Positions 13,303 to 27,058 of a stretch of 64,000 nucleotides of DNA are shown piece by piece. Below the pieces are notes generated by a model. It worked only from the letters and a program-made list of their open reading frames with translations, did not search any database and was not told where the DNA came from. Source of the stretch: Octopus vulgaris (lineage: Eukaryota); NCBI GenBank assembly GCA_951406725.2, contig OX597831.1, forward strand, positions 14,260,001 through 14,324,000, given 5' to 3'. Positions within the stretch are counted from its first letter, which is position 1, and each line of letters opens with the position of its first letter. The translations under genes were made by a program, and so were the position numbers.

Positions 13303-13597
13303 ATAGGAGAAGGAAAGATCCCGAGAAGGGAAGACAGGGGAAAAGAACCACTAGTGATACAGACGAGGTCACATACTAAAAGACGGAAGTAGTAAAAGTA
13401 GAAGAATAATGTTTTTTAAAAGACAGGAGGAGAGCTATATCAAAGACAGTATGGTAGGTGGTGGCGACACAAGTGGAAAAATGGAGGTAGAAGAAGAAAG
13501 GTGAAGAAGAAAAATGTACGAGAAAAAAAGTTTGAGGAAAAGTTGTTGTAGAGTCACAGACAGATTATTTTTGATTTCCAATCTCGATTTCAGTGGC

Positions 13598-13637
<40 letters not shown>

Positions 13638-13640
<3 letters not shown>

Positions 13641-14190
13641 TAAAAATGGTAAGACAACGAAAAAATGAAAGGGACCTCAATATTATGTAAATAGAGGAAT
13701 TTATCTGAAACTGTAATATGTGACAATTATTCGGTAGCCATGATGAAACTGAGTTTCGGAACGCTATGAAAAATAACCATTATACAAAGGGAAATTACTG
13801 TGTGATTGACCACTATTATGACAAAAGAGCTATTTGAATGACCGCTAAATAAAGGATGCGAGTGAAGATGTGTATATTTTCAAGTGAGGGTGGATGAATG
13901 TATGCATATGCATGTGGGTGTGCGGGTGCACATGTGTAGGTATGAACAGGCGCACTTATGCGAATACTATGAACTTTTTACCCCCTTACTTAGCAGTCAT
14001 TTGAATAGCTCTTTTGTCTTAATAACGGTCAATCACACAGTAATTTCCCTTTGTATAATGGTCATTTATCATAGCGTTTTTTTGATGGCCAGATAACTGA
14101 AGAGCTGGCGGCATGGATTTCCACCCCGGCATCCGAAACTCGGAGTTTTATCATGGCTACCGAATAATTGTCGCATGTTATATTTACAGA
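13638..14190. mobile_element. Penelope-like inverted pseudo-LTR pair carrying a hammerhead
   Basis: About 13700-13855 is the reverse complement of about 13985-14190. The left arm has lost the 5' half of the ribozyme. A single-orientation copy lies at about 34745-35080. Flanked by (TA)n. Confidence 0.65.
14088..14157 (+). ncRNA. Type I hammerhead ribozyme motif
   Basis: GCCAGATAA-CTGAAGA-(GC-rich stem II with TGGA/TCCA inner hairpin)-GAAACTCGGAGTT-TTATCaTGGC. Second copy at 34908-34977. Confidence 0.72.
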
Positions 14191-14866
14191 TATATATATA
14201 TATGTATGTATGTATACTTATATATATATGCCTTTAACCATATCAGCTCCAGTCAAACTGCCCAAATCATGCCATTATGTTAATTGATGATGATGATGTA
14301 TGTGTATCTTCTCCAAGTTGAGCCCCACCAACTGACAAGCTGCGTTTCTGCTGATAAAATAAATGCTTCATTTATTTTTCTAACAAATTACTCGTTCATT
14401 TCTTCCATTAACACCTTAGCTTGAGAATTTCGAAATCTAATCTGTAATTTCCATCTAATTTTCATGAGAAATTACAGCCTATGATCTTTGTTTGTGTGTG
14501 TGTGTGTTGACATGTGTTTATCACACACCCATTTATTAATGTTGTGATGACATGATGTTGGGTCTTTAATAAATTCACAAGCCACACCTCAGCTCTTAAA
14601 CAACTAAAGCAAAAGGAACCCCCCACTTCTTAACCAGGACTGCTAGAAAGAACTAGTTAAACCTGTATCGAATTTGCATTGAGTCATATAAAATAATGAA
14701 GTCATTGAGTCATTCTGTTACAAATATATCATGCCAAGCAACGAGAATGAAAGGATGGTCATTTTGGGGCATCTTAGGCAAATGTCTTGTACTATAGCCC
14801 TGGGTTGGCCAAAACCTTGTGTGTGGATTTAGTAAACAGAAACTAAAAGCAGTTCATTGTATGTAG

Positions 14867-14900
<34 letters not shown>

Positions 14901-15619
14901 TCACTTACCCAAGTGCACATACACTCACATAGAGAATGTTGTGGCGAAAGTGTACAGTAGGGTTCGCCACCATCCCTTGCTGGAGCCTCGTGGAGTTTTA
15001 GGTGTTTTTGCTCAATAAACCCTCACAATGCCTAGTCTGGGGAATTGAAACCACAATCCTACTACTGCGAGTCTGCTGCCCTAACCACTGGGCCATTGCA
15101 CCTCCACTGAAAATAATAAGCTTTCAAGGAAATTGACTGCGAGAAGAACACCAGAAAATATTCGCAAGGAATTTGTGAAATTTGTAAACAAACCAAACAC
15201 ATAAGCACATAGGTACAGACACTCATGTAATCTATGTATGTGTGGCTGTATGTATTTGTGTGAATGAGTGTCCATAATGTGATTGGTTATTATTAGAAAG
15301 ACATTGTAGGGTAGGTGTAAGAGGCCATATCTGACCAGTTTGATCATATGAGGAGTAGTAAAACATTTGAGTCAGATATATATATTATAGTTCAGCATCA
15401 TCCCTTTCGAAGTAATCCTCAGTGACCCAAGTTCATGGAAGTCCTCTTTCCTGAAGGTCATGTCTGTGAATTTTATTCCAGACTCTAACAATGATTCCAA
15501 TCACATGGAAGCACAAATAGATGGTTTGGCATCAATCCTCTTGGACAAGTTCACAAATTTCTTGCGTCTATTTTTCTCGTGTTCTTCAGGCAATTGGTTT
15601 CCTTGAAAGCTTATCTTCA

Positions 15620-16323
15620 GAATTTTACGAAGCATTGTGTGAAAATATAGAAAGAAATCAATGCAGATCCAGTGGCAGAGAAATATAGGAATTTAAGGAA
15701 GATCATAGATAAGAATTTTATAGCCCAGTGGTTAGGGAAGCGGACTCGCAGTCATAGGATTGTAGTTTCAATTCCCAGACTGGGCGTTGTGAGTGTTTAT
15801 TGAGCAAAAACACTTAAAGCTCCACACGGCTTCGGCAGGGAGTGGTGGCGAACCCTGCTGTATTCTTTCACCACGACTTTCTCTCACTCTTTCTTATTTC
15901 TTTATTGCCCACAAGGGGCTAAACATAGAGGGGACAAACAAGGACAGACAAAGGGATTAAGTCAATTACATCGACCCCGGTGTGTAACCGGTACTTAATT
16001 TATCGACCCCGAAAGGATGAAAGGTAAAGTTGCCCTTGGCAGAATTTGAACTCAAAAAAGTTTATTTTTTTATTCTTTTACTTGTTTCAATCATTTCACT
16101 GTGACCATGCTGGAGCACTACCTTCAAGGCTTTTAGTCAAACAAATCGATCATCCCCCAGGATTAAATTTTATTTTAAAGCCTGGTACTTATTCTATCAG
16201 CCTCTTTCGCTGAACTGCCAGTGGTATGGGGATGTAAACACACCAGCACCAGTTGTTGAGCGATTATGTGTGTGTGTGTGTGGGAGGGGGGTCAAACACA
16301 GACACACAAATACATACACTCAT

Positions 16324-16356
<33 letters not shown>

Positions 16357-16697
16357 TACGAAGGTGCCACATTGTGGGACTGAACCCGGAACTATGTGGT
16401 TGGCAAGCAGGCTTCTCACCACACAGAGATAAATATTATAGAAATATAAGAAAGGAAAAAAACAGGACTTCAGAGAATGCCTTTAACAGGATGATAGTCA
16501 TGATAGATCAGAAAGAAAACAAGAAAACTTTGTCAGGAAAAGCAGCAACGTTGTTTTCAAGAAAGCAAACACTGTGGCCCCTCATGAAAAGGAATTTTAC
16601 GAAGCATTGTGTGAAAATATAGAAAGAAATCAATGCAGATCCAGTGGCAGAGAAATATAGGAATTTAAGGAAGATTATAGATAAGAATTTTATAGCC
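15620..16697. repeat. 106-bp direct repeat (15620-15725 and 16592-16697)
   Basis: Identical except for one C/T difference (gatcatag versus gattatag). Confidence 0.92.
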
Positions 16698-16700
16698 AAA

Positions 16701-17000
16701 CTAGCAGTATCGCCCGGCGTTGCTTGGGTTTGTAAGGGAAATAACTATATAAGCATTTTTAGAGAGTTATAGCCAAAAAATAGCAAAAAAAAAATGCATT
16801 AAAAATGGAAAAAAAATGATGGTAAATTATTTTTAAAATCGTAGACTCATCGTAGACGCGCGTTAATACCCAGAAGGGCTCGATATGAATCACGACTATA
16901 AGATACCCGGTTTTGGTTAAACTGCACCGCAAAATGTGGGAGTAGTTAGGAATCTAAATCGTAGGAGACAGACACACAACTTCACTTTTATATATAAAGA
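16701..17000 (-). mobile_element. Non-autonomous Helitron (300 bp)
   Basis: On the minus strand it starts TCTTTATATATAAAAG and ends with the hairpin CCCAAGCAACGCCGGG followed by CGATACTGCTAG. Inserted between A and T with no TSD. Confidence 0.82.
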
Positions 17001-17309
17001 TATACAATCCTAAAAATAATAGGTGCCACAAGAATGAAATATCCCTTCTCAAACCAAATTTTGGTCACAGATTTTGACAGAAGACATGCAATTGTGAGGG
17101 AGAGAGCAAGTCGAGTACATTAGTACTTAACTGGTATTTATCTTTATTGCCCCGGTATGTGTTGGAACTTTATGGCAACAACCTGTATTAGAACCGTGCT
17201 TACTAATCTTCAACTGTATTTAACAAAATTAAACAGAAGTTAGAATTTATGACTCAAACTTTAAGAAAAGAGGATTTTTTTGAAATGGATACAACAGAGT
17301 TTGAATTAA

Positions 17310-17709
17310 CCCTTTAACTGCTAAATTAAACTTTATCATTATTTGAGTAATGAGGTTAAGAAAATAGCAGAAGAAGGAATTGGTTCTTTTCTGCAAGTGA
17401 TATTGCCTCGATAATCTTGACATATCGCAACAAAAAATTTTGATACAAATTTCCTGTTTTAAAAGTGATCAAAATTAAAATCTTTCGTTAAATCTTCATC
17501 GCAGCTTCTTCATTGTGTAACTTAATTTCATGGTTATTCATAGGCATAGGAGTGGGTGTGTGGTAAGTAGCTTGCTTACCAACCACATGGTTCTTGGTTC
17601 AGTCTTACTGCATGACACCTAGGGCAGGTGTCTTCTACTATTGCCTCGGGCCGACCAAAGCCTCGTGAGTGGATTTGGTAGACGGAAACTGAAAGAAGCC
17701 TGTCGTATA

Positions 17710-17806
<97 letters not shown>

Positions 17807-18251
17807 GTGTGTATGTATGTATGTATGTGTGTGTGTATATGTTTGTGTGTCTGTTTGTCCCCCAACATCACTTGATAACTGATGCTGGTGTGTTTACATC
17901 CCCGTAACTTAGCGGTTTGGCAAAAGAGGCCGATAGAAAATAAGTACTAGGCTTACAAAGAATAAGTCCTGGGGCCGATTTGCTCGACTAAAAGGCGATG
18001 CTCCAGCATGGCCACAGTCAAATGACTAAAACAAGTAAGAGAGTAAAAGAGATTCCAAATATGTAGCAAAAATTAGACTTGGTATTTTCTGCGAGTGTTG
18101 GTGCCTCAATGAACTTGATATATCTCAACAGAAAACAACTTAAAATATGACATGCCTTAATAACAGACAGAGTGATACACGAAACTTCTTTCTGCCACCA
18201 AAAGAAATGAAATTTTGCATTGATATATTTCTGTTTTGTGCAGTAAAAGGG
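17310..18251. mobile_element. TTAA-type MITE interrupted by a SINE
   Basis: TTAA-CCCTTTAACTGC ... GCAGTAAAAGGG-TTGA inverted termini, with a SINE at 17541-18052 inside. Confidence 0.55.
17541..18052 (+). mobile_element. tRNA-derived SINE family A (full-length, internal (TA)n/(TG)n)
   Basis: Head gtgtggtaag..GGTTCAGTC (pol III A/B-box-like), body ccaaagcc..ggaaactgaaagaagcc, an internal microsatellite, and tail ccagcatggccacagtcaaatgact..aaacaagtaa. About 25-30 full or partial copies in the window. Confidence 0.9.
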
Positions 18252-18594
18252 TTGAATCAAAATTGTAATTAGATAATGGGGAGGAATTTTTTGCGAAACT
18301 GTTGCTAAACAGGTAATGAAATATGGAAGAAAAATTTAGTCTTTTTAATTTCAACCTGCCTGAGATTACCCTGGTTCTGACTCAAACTTCCTGTTTTAAA
18401 AATGATCTAAATTAAAATCTTTCATTCAATGTTAATTTACATTCCAAAGTTTGTTTCTTTTTTTTCAAAATTCTTCATTATTTTAGAAATTAATTTAAAT
18501 GTAAGTGTTGTATTTCTACAGAAATACAACAACCAATGGGTTTAAGAGGTGTCTGTAAATGTTGTAGCCATTTCTGTTGCTGCTGTTACTACTA

Positions 18595-18632
<38 letters not shown>

Positions 18633-18639
18633 TTGAATC

Positions 18640-19042
18640 AGTATGTGGTCTCTAAATGTGCTAGAAATAACAGCCAAATAGGTAATTCAGTAAGGAAGAG
18701 GAATTTAACGAATGTCTGTAACACGGCAGAAGTGGTGATGCTTCTACTGCTGCTATGGTTACAGCCACTATAGTTCAGTGCATGGTAACTTGGCATGCTG
18801 TAAATAACAGCCAAATATCCTTCAAACCATATCCTGTTGTCTTGAGAAGTGAAGGAGCGATTGAGCGAGTAAAGACACTTCTACATAGTTGCCCATTCTG
18901 CTTTAAATAAAAGTTAAATCTTCCTTGATTTAGGCTCTACTTGCTTAAAAGAAATTACCCAAAGAAGGATCCTCTATGTAGTTGACTGACCTGCTAGAAA
19001 TGGTAACTAAATTGACTTCAAATTTCATCCTACCTTCTTAAA

Positions 19043-19045
<3 letters not shown>
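18640..19045 (+). repeat. Cluster of diverged tgctagaaatagcagccaaat..cctcaaatcacaccct-type units
   Basis: Four degenerate units here. The same motif occurs at about 1441-1510, 26450-26490 and 47100-47145, and reversed at about 32815-32865, 33225-33280, 49350-49590, 52345 and 56710. Confidence 0.55.
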
Positions 19046-19097
<52 letters not shown>

Positions 19098-20685
19098 TTA
19101 ATATTAGGGAAGTTATTTCCGAGTCCACAGGTCTCTTAAACCTATCTATATAATATTGTTTGTTCCTTCTTGAGCCACGCCTGGCTCATTAGGGGCCGGT
19201 TTCCTTGGCATATAGGTTCCCCACCTGGACGGGACGCCGGTCCGTCGCAGGTGAGCTGCAAGAGGCAGGAGGAAAGAATGAGAGAAAGTTGTGGCAAAAG
19301 AGTCAGCAGAAGTTCACCATTACCTTCTGCCGGAGCCGCGTGGAGCTTAGGTGTTTCGCTCATAAACACACACATCGTCCAGTCTGAGATTCGAACCCAC
19401 GATCCCTTGACCACGCGTCCACTGCTCTAACCACTAGGCCATGTGTCTCCACTCGATATAATATACATACACACACACATACATGTATGTAAAAGGAAGG
19501 TCATACTAGCCAAAGTAAGTATAAATATGTTATGACTGAGAAAGTCATGACTGGATTGTCTTTGATCATGGCTTAACTGGAGCCACACAATAATAACACC
19601 AATCACCATCTGATCTTTGGTTTCCTTCCTGAAGTTCATTTCTGTTGCAAGCATTTGGACCAGAGTTAAAATGTGTTTTGTCATATTATAAGTCTTTGAG
19701 CCACTGCATAAAAGGCATTGCTGCCATTGCCGTCCCTCCTCTGACTTTCCTCATATTTGTCATCGTCATCGTCATCATTGTTTTATATCCACTTTCCACG
19801 CTGGCAATGATTGGATGGGTTGCCACACTCCAAGTCAGTTCTTAGAATGGTTCAGAGGCGTACGTCTCAACCTTATGTTTCGCCGAGGGCTTCATTTCAA
19901 TGACTGGATGACCTTCCTCTTTCCGACCACTTTATAGATTATACTAGCTGCATTTTATCATGGCACCAGCCCTTGAGAGGGTCTCATGTCTTCTGCAATA
20001 CTAAAGGGTTCTCTCAACCTTACACTGTTTCTGCTCAATCGTTAACCACATTACAGAATGTAATGGGTGCATTCTATCATAGTACCAAACCCTAGTGAAA
20101 TTGCCTTCTGTCCCTTAAAGACTAAAGAGTCTGCATGTCTTTATCCTGTGTCCATTTCCTCGATGCAGCATCAAAAAGGTGAAAGATGAAGAGATATGGG
20201 ATGTTGACTTTTAGTATAAAAAACGGTGATGGTTTAGTGTGTTGACTACAAGATTGTGGTAGGGGGCTTGAGTCTGAAGGAAGGTTCAGGGCTCTCCTTT
20301 GTTTCATGGGCAGTATAGCCCTGTGAGAAGAAAGCAGGTAAGTGCTAGGGAGATGCAAGGTTCAGATGGGTTCAGTGACATGTACATTGGTAGCAGAGAT
20401 TCCCTATTACCATTATGGTAAATACAAGATGGCATGGATGAACAGGGGCTGAGTTATTGAGGGATGTCTTTACAAAACAATCATTTTTATTTCAATTATG
20501 ACTTTTTCCTAAATATTCTGAGATTTACTGAACTTTTTTTGTTTTTTCCTCTATTCAAGCCTCTTCCTTTTGGCTCCTGATTGCAGCTGTAATCCAGTGT
20601 GTGAATATTTAGTAAGGTGAGTAAAATATACACCTGGTTTAAATTGATATTAATTAATGAATATTAATTTTCTACCCTCATTATT

Positions 20686-20751
<66 letters not shown>

Positions 20752-20755
<4 letters not shown>

Positions 20756-21140
20756 TGCAGGAGTGGCTGTGTGGCACATAGCTTGCTTACCAACCACATG
20801 GTTCCGGGTTCAGTCCCACTGCATGGCACTTTGGGCAAGTGTCTTCTACTATAGCCTTGGGCCAACCAAAGCCTTGTGAGTAGATTTGGTAGACGGAAAC
20901 TGAAAGAAGCCTGTTGTACATGTGTGTGTGTGTCTGTGTCTGTGTCTGTACCCCCCCCCCCCCACCATCGCTTGACAACCAGTGCTGGTGTGTTTACGTC
21001 CATGTAACTTAGCGGTTCAGCAAAAGAGACTGATAGAATAAGTAGTAGGCTTACAAAGAATAAGTCCTGGGGTTGATTTGCTCGACTAAAGTTGGTGCTC
21101 CAGCATGGACACAGTCTGATGACTGAAATAAACAAAAGAA
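20752..21140 (+). mobile_element. SINE family A
   Basis: Same head, body and tail. Confidence 0.88.
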
Positions 21141-21460
21141 TATATACATATATACATATATATGGTCGTTATATCTTCTTAATAACGTAATAGGTTAGAT
21201 AGGATGATGTCTACATTACAATATTACAATAACAATAATATGTTGTTGTACATGTCTAGTCATATTACGATCATGAAATTAGCATCAGCTTATCTCACTC
21301 TTTCTCACGGAATCCCTAGGAACCTTTTCAAGAACTCTAGGGTTCCATGGAACCCTTGTTGAGAAATGCTGCTTTATAGTTTACCAACTTTATAGCTTAG
21401 CTACATTACAGAATAACTGTTGTATAGCTTGACTACTTTATAATTTAGCTAGCATAAATG

Positions 21461-21870
21461 CCTATTTCTTTACTACCCACAAGGGGCTAAACACAGAGAG
21501 GACAAACAAGGACAGATGAATGGATTAAGTCGATTATATCGACCCCAGTGCGTAACTGGTACTTATTTAATCGACCCCGAAAGGATGAAAGGCAAAGCCG
21601 ACCTCGGCGGAATTTGAACTCAGAACGTAGCAGCAGACGAAATACCTATTTCTTTACTACCCACAAGGGGCTAAACACAGAGGGGACAAACAAGGACAGC
21701 CCAACGGATTAAGTCGATTATATCGACCCCAGTGCATAACTGGTACTTATTTAATCGACCCCGAAAGGATGAAAGGCAAAGTCGACCTCGGCAGAATTTG
21801 AACTCAGAAGGTAGCGGCAGACAAAATACCGCTAAGCATTTCGCCCGGCATGCTAAAGATTCTGCCAGCA
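21461..21870 (-). mobile_element. Tandem dimer of SINE family B
   Basis: The cctatttctttactacccacaagggg... unit starts at about 21461 and again at about 21646. Confidence 0.85.
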
Positions 21871-22281
21871 TAAATACCTTACAGCGACCCTATTTTATAA
21901 CAAAGCAACTTTATGGCTGTAATTAGGCACAAAGCCAGCAATTTTTTCTGGGTATGGGGTCATTTGACAGCATCAACTCCAGTGCTTGTCTGGGACTTTG
22001 TTTTATGGATGCTGAAGGAATGAAAGGCAAAGTTGACCTTGTCGGTATACGCTGCACACAGAATGCAAAAAGCCAAAGAAATAATACCAAAAGGCATTTT
22101 TGTCCGACATCCGAACAGTTCTGCTACCATTACAAAAACGTAAAATGGACAAACCACATTCAAGGAAATAATGCTTGCTTCATGGAAGAAAAAAAAACCC
22201 AAGTAATTTGCAGGACACCCCTTCATCACCCCCTTCTTTGTTTACTTCTATCCCCCACCCAGTTATCCCTTTACTCTCATT

Positions 22282-22319
<38 letters not shown>

Positions 22320-22682
22320 GTATGCCTCTAAATAGGCAGTAATTAGCTCCAGAGTACTATTTAACCAGCAATTATTGTATGTTATCCATCATTTAATCAC
22401 TTGTTTCACACTTGCTGGTTGCTACTAAAACACTGTTATTTCCTACCACCACCACCACCACCACTACCACCACTACTGTCACTACCACTAACCCCTCCTC
22501 TCTCCCTTTCTCCCTCTCTCTCCCTCTCTCTCTCTAACTCTTATATCTCCTTATGTCATTCGTGTTGTTGACTTTTCTCGGTTCTCAGATGTATGTATAA
22601 ACGTGTGTGTATTTGAGGGCTGTGCACATATGCATACACGTGCACACACAAACACATAAGAATGTGTATGTCCTTGTATGTG

Positions 22683-22719
<37 letters not shown>

Positions 22720-25048
22720 GTGTATATATATTTATGTGTATATATGTATACATATAAACAGAAAACTTAACATACAGTGACACTCCCTTCATCAGCTGTT
22801 GATTGGAGGTCACAATCTCCAGTACCTCTCTCTTTCTCTCTCTCTCTCTCTCACTTTCTGTATAAATATGCGTGCATACATGTGTCTGTATTTACACTTC
22901 TTTATATGTGTGTGCGTGTATATAATATATATGTATATATATAATATAAAATATTATATATATATATATATATATAATATATCAATATATATAAATGGTA
23001 TTGAATAAACAATTGGATGTTGTTATACATTGCTGATCACAATGCACTTCCTGATTGTTCTAGCTTCCAAACGACTCCACCCCACTGGCTTGGTGGCATC
23101 TTTTGAAAGCTAAAGCACACAAACACATGCACACCACTACCACCACCACCACCACCACCACCACCACCACCACCACCACCACCACCATATAAAGATAAAT
23201 AAATATATAACACGTTTGTTTAGTTTATGCATATACATATACTCGTATGTATGTAAGTATGCATGCATATACACACACACATATGCACACACAAGCATTC
23301 TCTCAGACGTCGAGGTGTGTCTAAGTATTCTATGGACATGTGTGGCATTAGCGCCAACGTCTTGTAATTCATAAATATTATAATGAGATGTTGACGTTAT
23401 CATATGTCAAGTCCAAACTCTGGTTTATGTGGTTAGAATTTAAAAGGGTGTGGCTGAATGGAGACACAATTTTTTTGTCCAATTTGCTAAATTTTGGTAA
23501 TAAATACTGCCTCAATGTCAGAGCTGCTGCTATTTTTATTCAACCCTTGGTCATCTCTCATCAAGCAGACCTATGATCAGTGGTGTAGGAGTTCTGATTG
23601 TTATGTATATTTTTTTTTTGTTTTGGCGGGGTTTTGTGTGTGTATGCGTGTATGTGCGTGTGTATGTATGTGTGTGTGCGTGTGTATGTATGTGTGTGTG
23701 CATGCATGTTTATGTATGTGTGCGTGTGCATGCATGTGTTTGTATGTGTATGTGTGCGTGTGTATGTATGTATGTGTGTGTGCGTACATGTGTATGTGTG
23801 CGTGCATGCGTATGTATGTGTGTGCGTGCATGTTTATGTGTGTGTGTATGTGTGTGTGTGCGTGTGTATGTATGTGTGTGTGCATGTGTATGTATGTGTG
23901 TGTGTGCGTGTGTGTGCGCGTGTGTATGTGTGTGTGTGTGGGTGTTTTAGATTGAATTATTCATTTCAGTGCAGCCATGGTTGTGTGGTTAAGGTACTTG
24001 CTTTGCAACCATGTGGTTTTCGGTTCAGTCCCACTGCATGATACCTTGGGCAAGTGTCTTCTATTATAGCCCCAGGCTGACTAATATCTCTTGAGTAAAC
24101 TTTATTGATGGAAACTGTATGGAAGCCTGTCATATGTATAAGTGTGTGTGTGGGTCTTTATTGAGGAGCTGTGTTGGTTTGTTTGTGTCCTTGAGTGTTA
24201 GCAGTGCAGCAAAAGCTTCCATCACAGTAGAGTAAATACCATGCTTTAAAAATAAGTCCTGGTATGGATTTGTTTGAGGAAATTTTGTGAGGCATTGCCC
24301 CAGCATGGACGTGCTCCTACGAATGAAACAAGTGAAAGATAGACACACACACACTTGCACACATATAGACAGATATATAGATAGACTAAGAAAAAGAGAG
24401 ATAGACGGATGGATGGTTGCATGGACAGATGGGTGGACAGACGGATGGATGGATAGACAGACAGACAGATAGACATGGATAAGCATACAGACAGGCAGAC
24501 AGACAGACAGATAGATAGATAGATAGACAGGCAGACACACACACACAGATAGATAGATAGGGAGGTAGGTTGATAAATAGATACATAGATATATAGACAG
24601 ACACACAGATAGATAGATAGTTAGATAGGTTGATAGTTAGATACATCGAGAGAAGATAAGTTTTCAGGCTGAATGTCTTAAATAAATCTCCATCCTGCTG
24701 AGTGTCTTGTAGTTTATTTATCTTAAACCTTTTTTCTGGTTCCTCTCTGGCCTTTCAAACATTCCTTGTTGTCTCTGCACTAAACATCTGTTCATATGTT
24801 ATGTTATGAAATATCGTATTTTACTAATATTTTCAATACTGTCTTGGATAAGGCAACAATATTCTTGCTATGAACAAGTTCTCCAAGAAACTAAGTTTGG
24901 AATGAGACAGAAGCGAGACATAGTGATGTAGTTAGGATGTTTGCTTCAGATGGAATCGGTTGATGTTGATTTTTACAGAGGGATACTCTACCTGTTGCCA
25001 ACCCTTACCTGTTTCCAAGTAATATAATGTTTTTCCATCACCAGACAT

Positions 25049-25118
<70 letters not shown>

Positions 25119-25144
25119 TCTCTCTCTCTCACTCACACACACAC

Positions 25145-25315
25145 ACTAGCACAGCGTATTGCCAAAGGTCTCCATCATTTGTCATCACCTCTGTGAGGCC
25201 CAACGTTCTAAGATCATGGTTCACCACCTTGTACCATGTCTTTCTGGATCTACCCTTTCCACAGGTTCTCTCCTTAGAGATCGGCGCTTCTTTACACAAC
25301 TGTCCTCGTCCATAC
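25145..25315 (-). mobile_element. RTE-type LINE ORF C-terminal fragment
   Basis: RTCGKGRSRKTWYKVVNHDLRTLGLTEVMTNDGDLWQYAVL. Same family as 59912. Confidence 0.7.
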
Positions 25316-25429
25316 ACACACACTCACACACATACCTATATATATATATATAGGTATGATAGATCATCATGATAGATCGTTAGCCACTACACACATTTTG
25401 TTTCTCTCCTTGCTTTTTTTTCTGCGTCC

Positions 25430-25465
25430 CTTTCTGTAGAAGGGCGTAGGCTCGAAACGTAAAAG
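25430..25465 (+). ncRNA. Minimal hammerhead-like motif, CUGUAGA core variant
   Basis: CTTT-CTGTAGA-a-GGGC gtag GCTC-GAAAC-GTA-AAAG. Stems I and II pair and stem III is the ACGT palindrome; A6 is replaced by U. Confidence 0.62.
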
Positions 25466-25552
25466 ACTTTTTCTATTCCTCAGCGTTATACTAATACATC
25501 TGTTTATTTTGTACACCACCTGTCTTCGTCTTTTATTTTTTTCGTAAACTCT

Positions 25553-25619
<67 letters not shown>

Positions 25620-26483
25620 CAGACACAATGGGCTTCCCAACTCCATGGTTGTGGGTTCAGTCCCACTATGTAGCGCCTTGGGCACATGTCTTCTGCTACA
25701 GCCTTAGGCCAACCAGAGTCTTGTGCATGGATTTGGTAGATGGAAACTGAAAGAAACTCATCGTGTGCGTGCGTCTTTGTGTTTGTTCCTTGACTGCCAC
25801 TTCACAACCGGTGTTGGTCTGTTTTCATCCCTGTAACTTGGTGGTTTGACAAAAGGGTCAAATAGTATAAATAAAAAATAAAAAATAGGATACTGGAGTC
25901 AATGTGTTTGACTGAAATTCTTCGCGGCATTGCCCCAGTATGACCACAGTAGTAAAAGACAGCCACTACATCTCTACTGGTAGATCCCTACTACCACCTC
26001 GCCATTACAACTGCCATCAACACTACAACATTACTAGCACCAACACAGCCAATAGTGCTGCCACCACCACCACCACCACCACCAAAACATAAATTCTATT
26101 TAATGTACAAACAACAAAAGTAGGAACAATCTAATTTTCACTAATTGTGTCTGTGAGACAGGATACTTGTCACCATTACTTTCCCCCACCCCACACACTC
26201 TCCTCACCCCCACCCCACCCACCCCGTTCCTTACTGCTACTACTACCACTACTACTTCTACTACTACCATCACCATCACTGCCACTCTGACCACCACCAC
26301 CATCATTCACCACCTTCACCACCACCACCTCCATGTTTGTTTCTGCCATTGTCTTTCTAGTTGGACAGTGAACAGCAGAACAATGGAATATCCTGTCCAC
26401 CCTGTTATGCTCTTAAACAAGGTACTGGGGAAGGAGGGAGGAGCCTCTACATGGTCACTTACCATACTGGAAATAGCAGCCAA

Positions 26484-26522
<39 letters not shown>

Positions 26523-27012
26523 CCTCCCTTCGTCTCTCTCTCAATCAAATAGCTAATGCTATTAGCATATTAGCAAGGGTTGAGAGAGTTAAGAATGTTC
26601 TGCACAATGGACTTGGCATGACAGGGGTTGCTGCTTGGTGGGTGCCATGTCTTCTGACGTCTGATCAGAAATGCACCAGGTTGACCACATCACAGGGAAA
26701 ATCCGACATTGAGGTTGATCAGAGCTAGTTTCCTTGAATGTTTCTTAACCCAGCTTGAGTGTTGAGTTCATCACTTCGTGCTAAAAACAAAGAGACAAAC
26801 CCCTTCTTACCTACTTCAAAGAAGGCCAAGAAATTGTAAATATAAATACTTCTAATAATTGATTATTAAATATAAATGCATAAAAACTTACTGAATAATT
26901 AACATAAATTTGTCAAATCTAAATTACTATATTATAGTACATTATTTACATTATTTAATTAATTTACATTATTTACGTTTGATGGATATTTGTCTTCATC
27001 TTGTTTGTTGTT

Positions 27013-27058
27013 AACACAACGTTTCGGCTGATGTACCCTCCAGCCTTCTTCAGGTGTC
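27013..27058 (-). ncRNA. Minimal type I hammerhead ribozyme motif (Penelope-like)
   Basis: Minus strand reads GACAC-CTGAAGA-a-GGCTG gagggtacat CAGCC-GAAAC-GTT-GTGTT. Stem III is the loopless palindrome AACGTT. Confidence 0.82.

Noticed and set aside
15721-15790. tRNA gene (and similar heads of SINE families A-D)
   Set aside because: The tRNA-like A/B boxes continue into SINE bodies and lack a complete acceptor stem.
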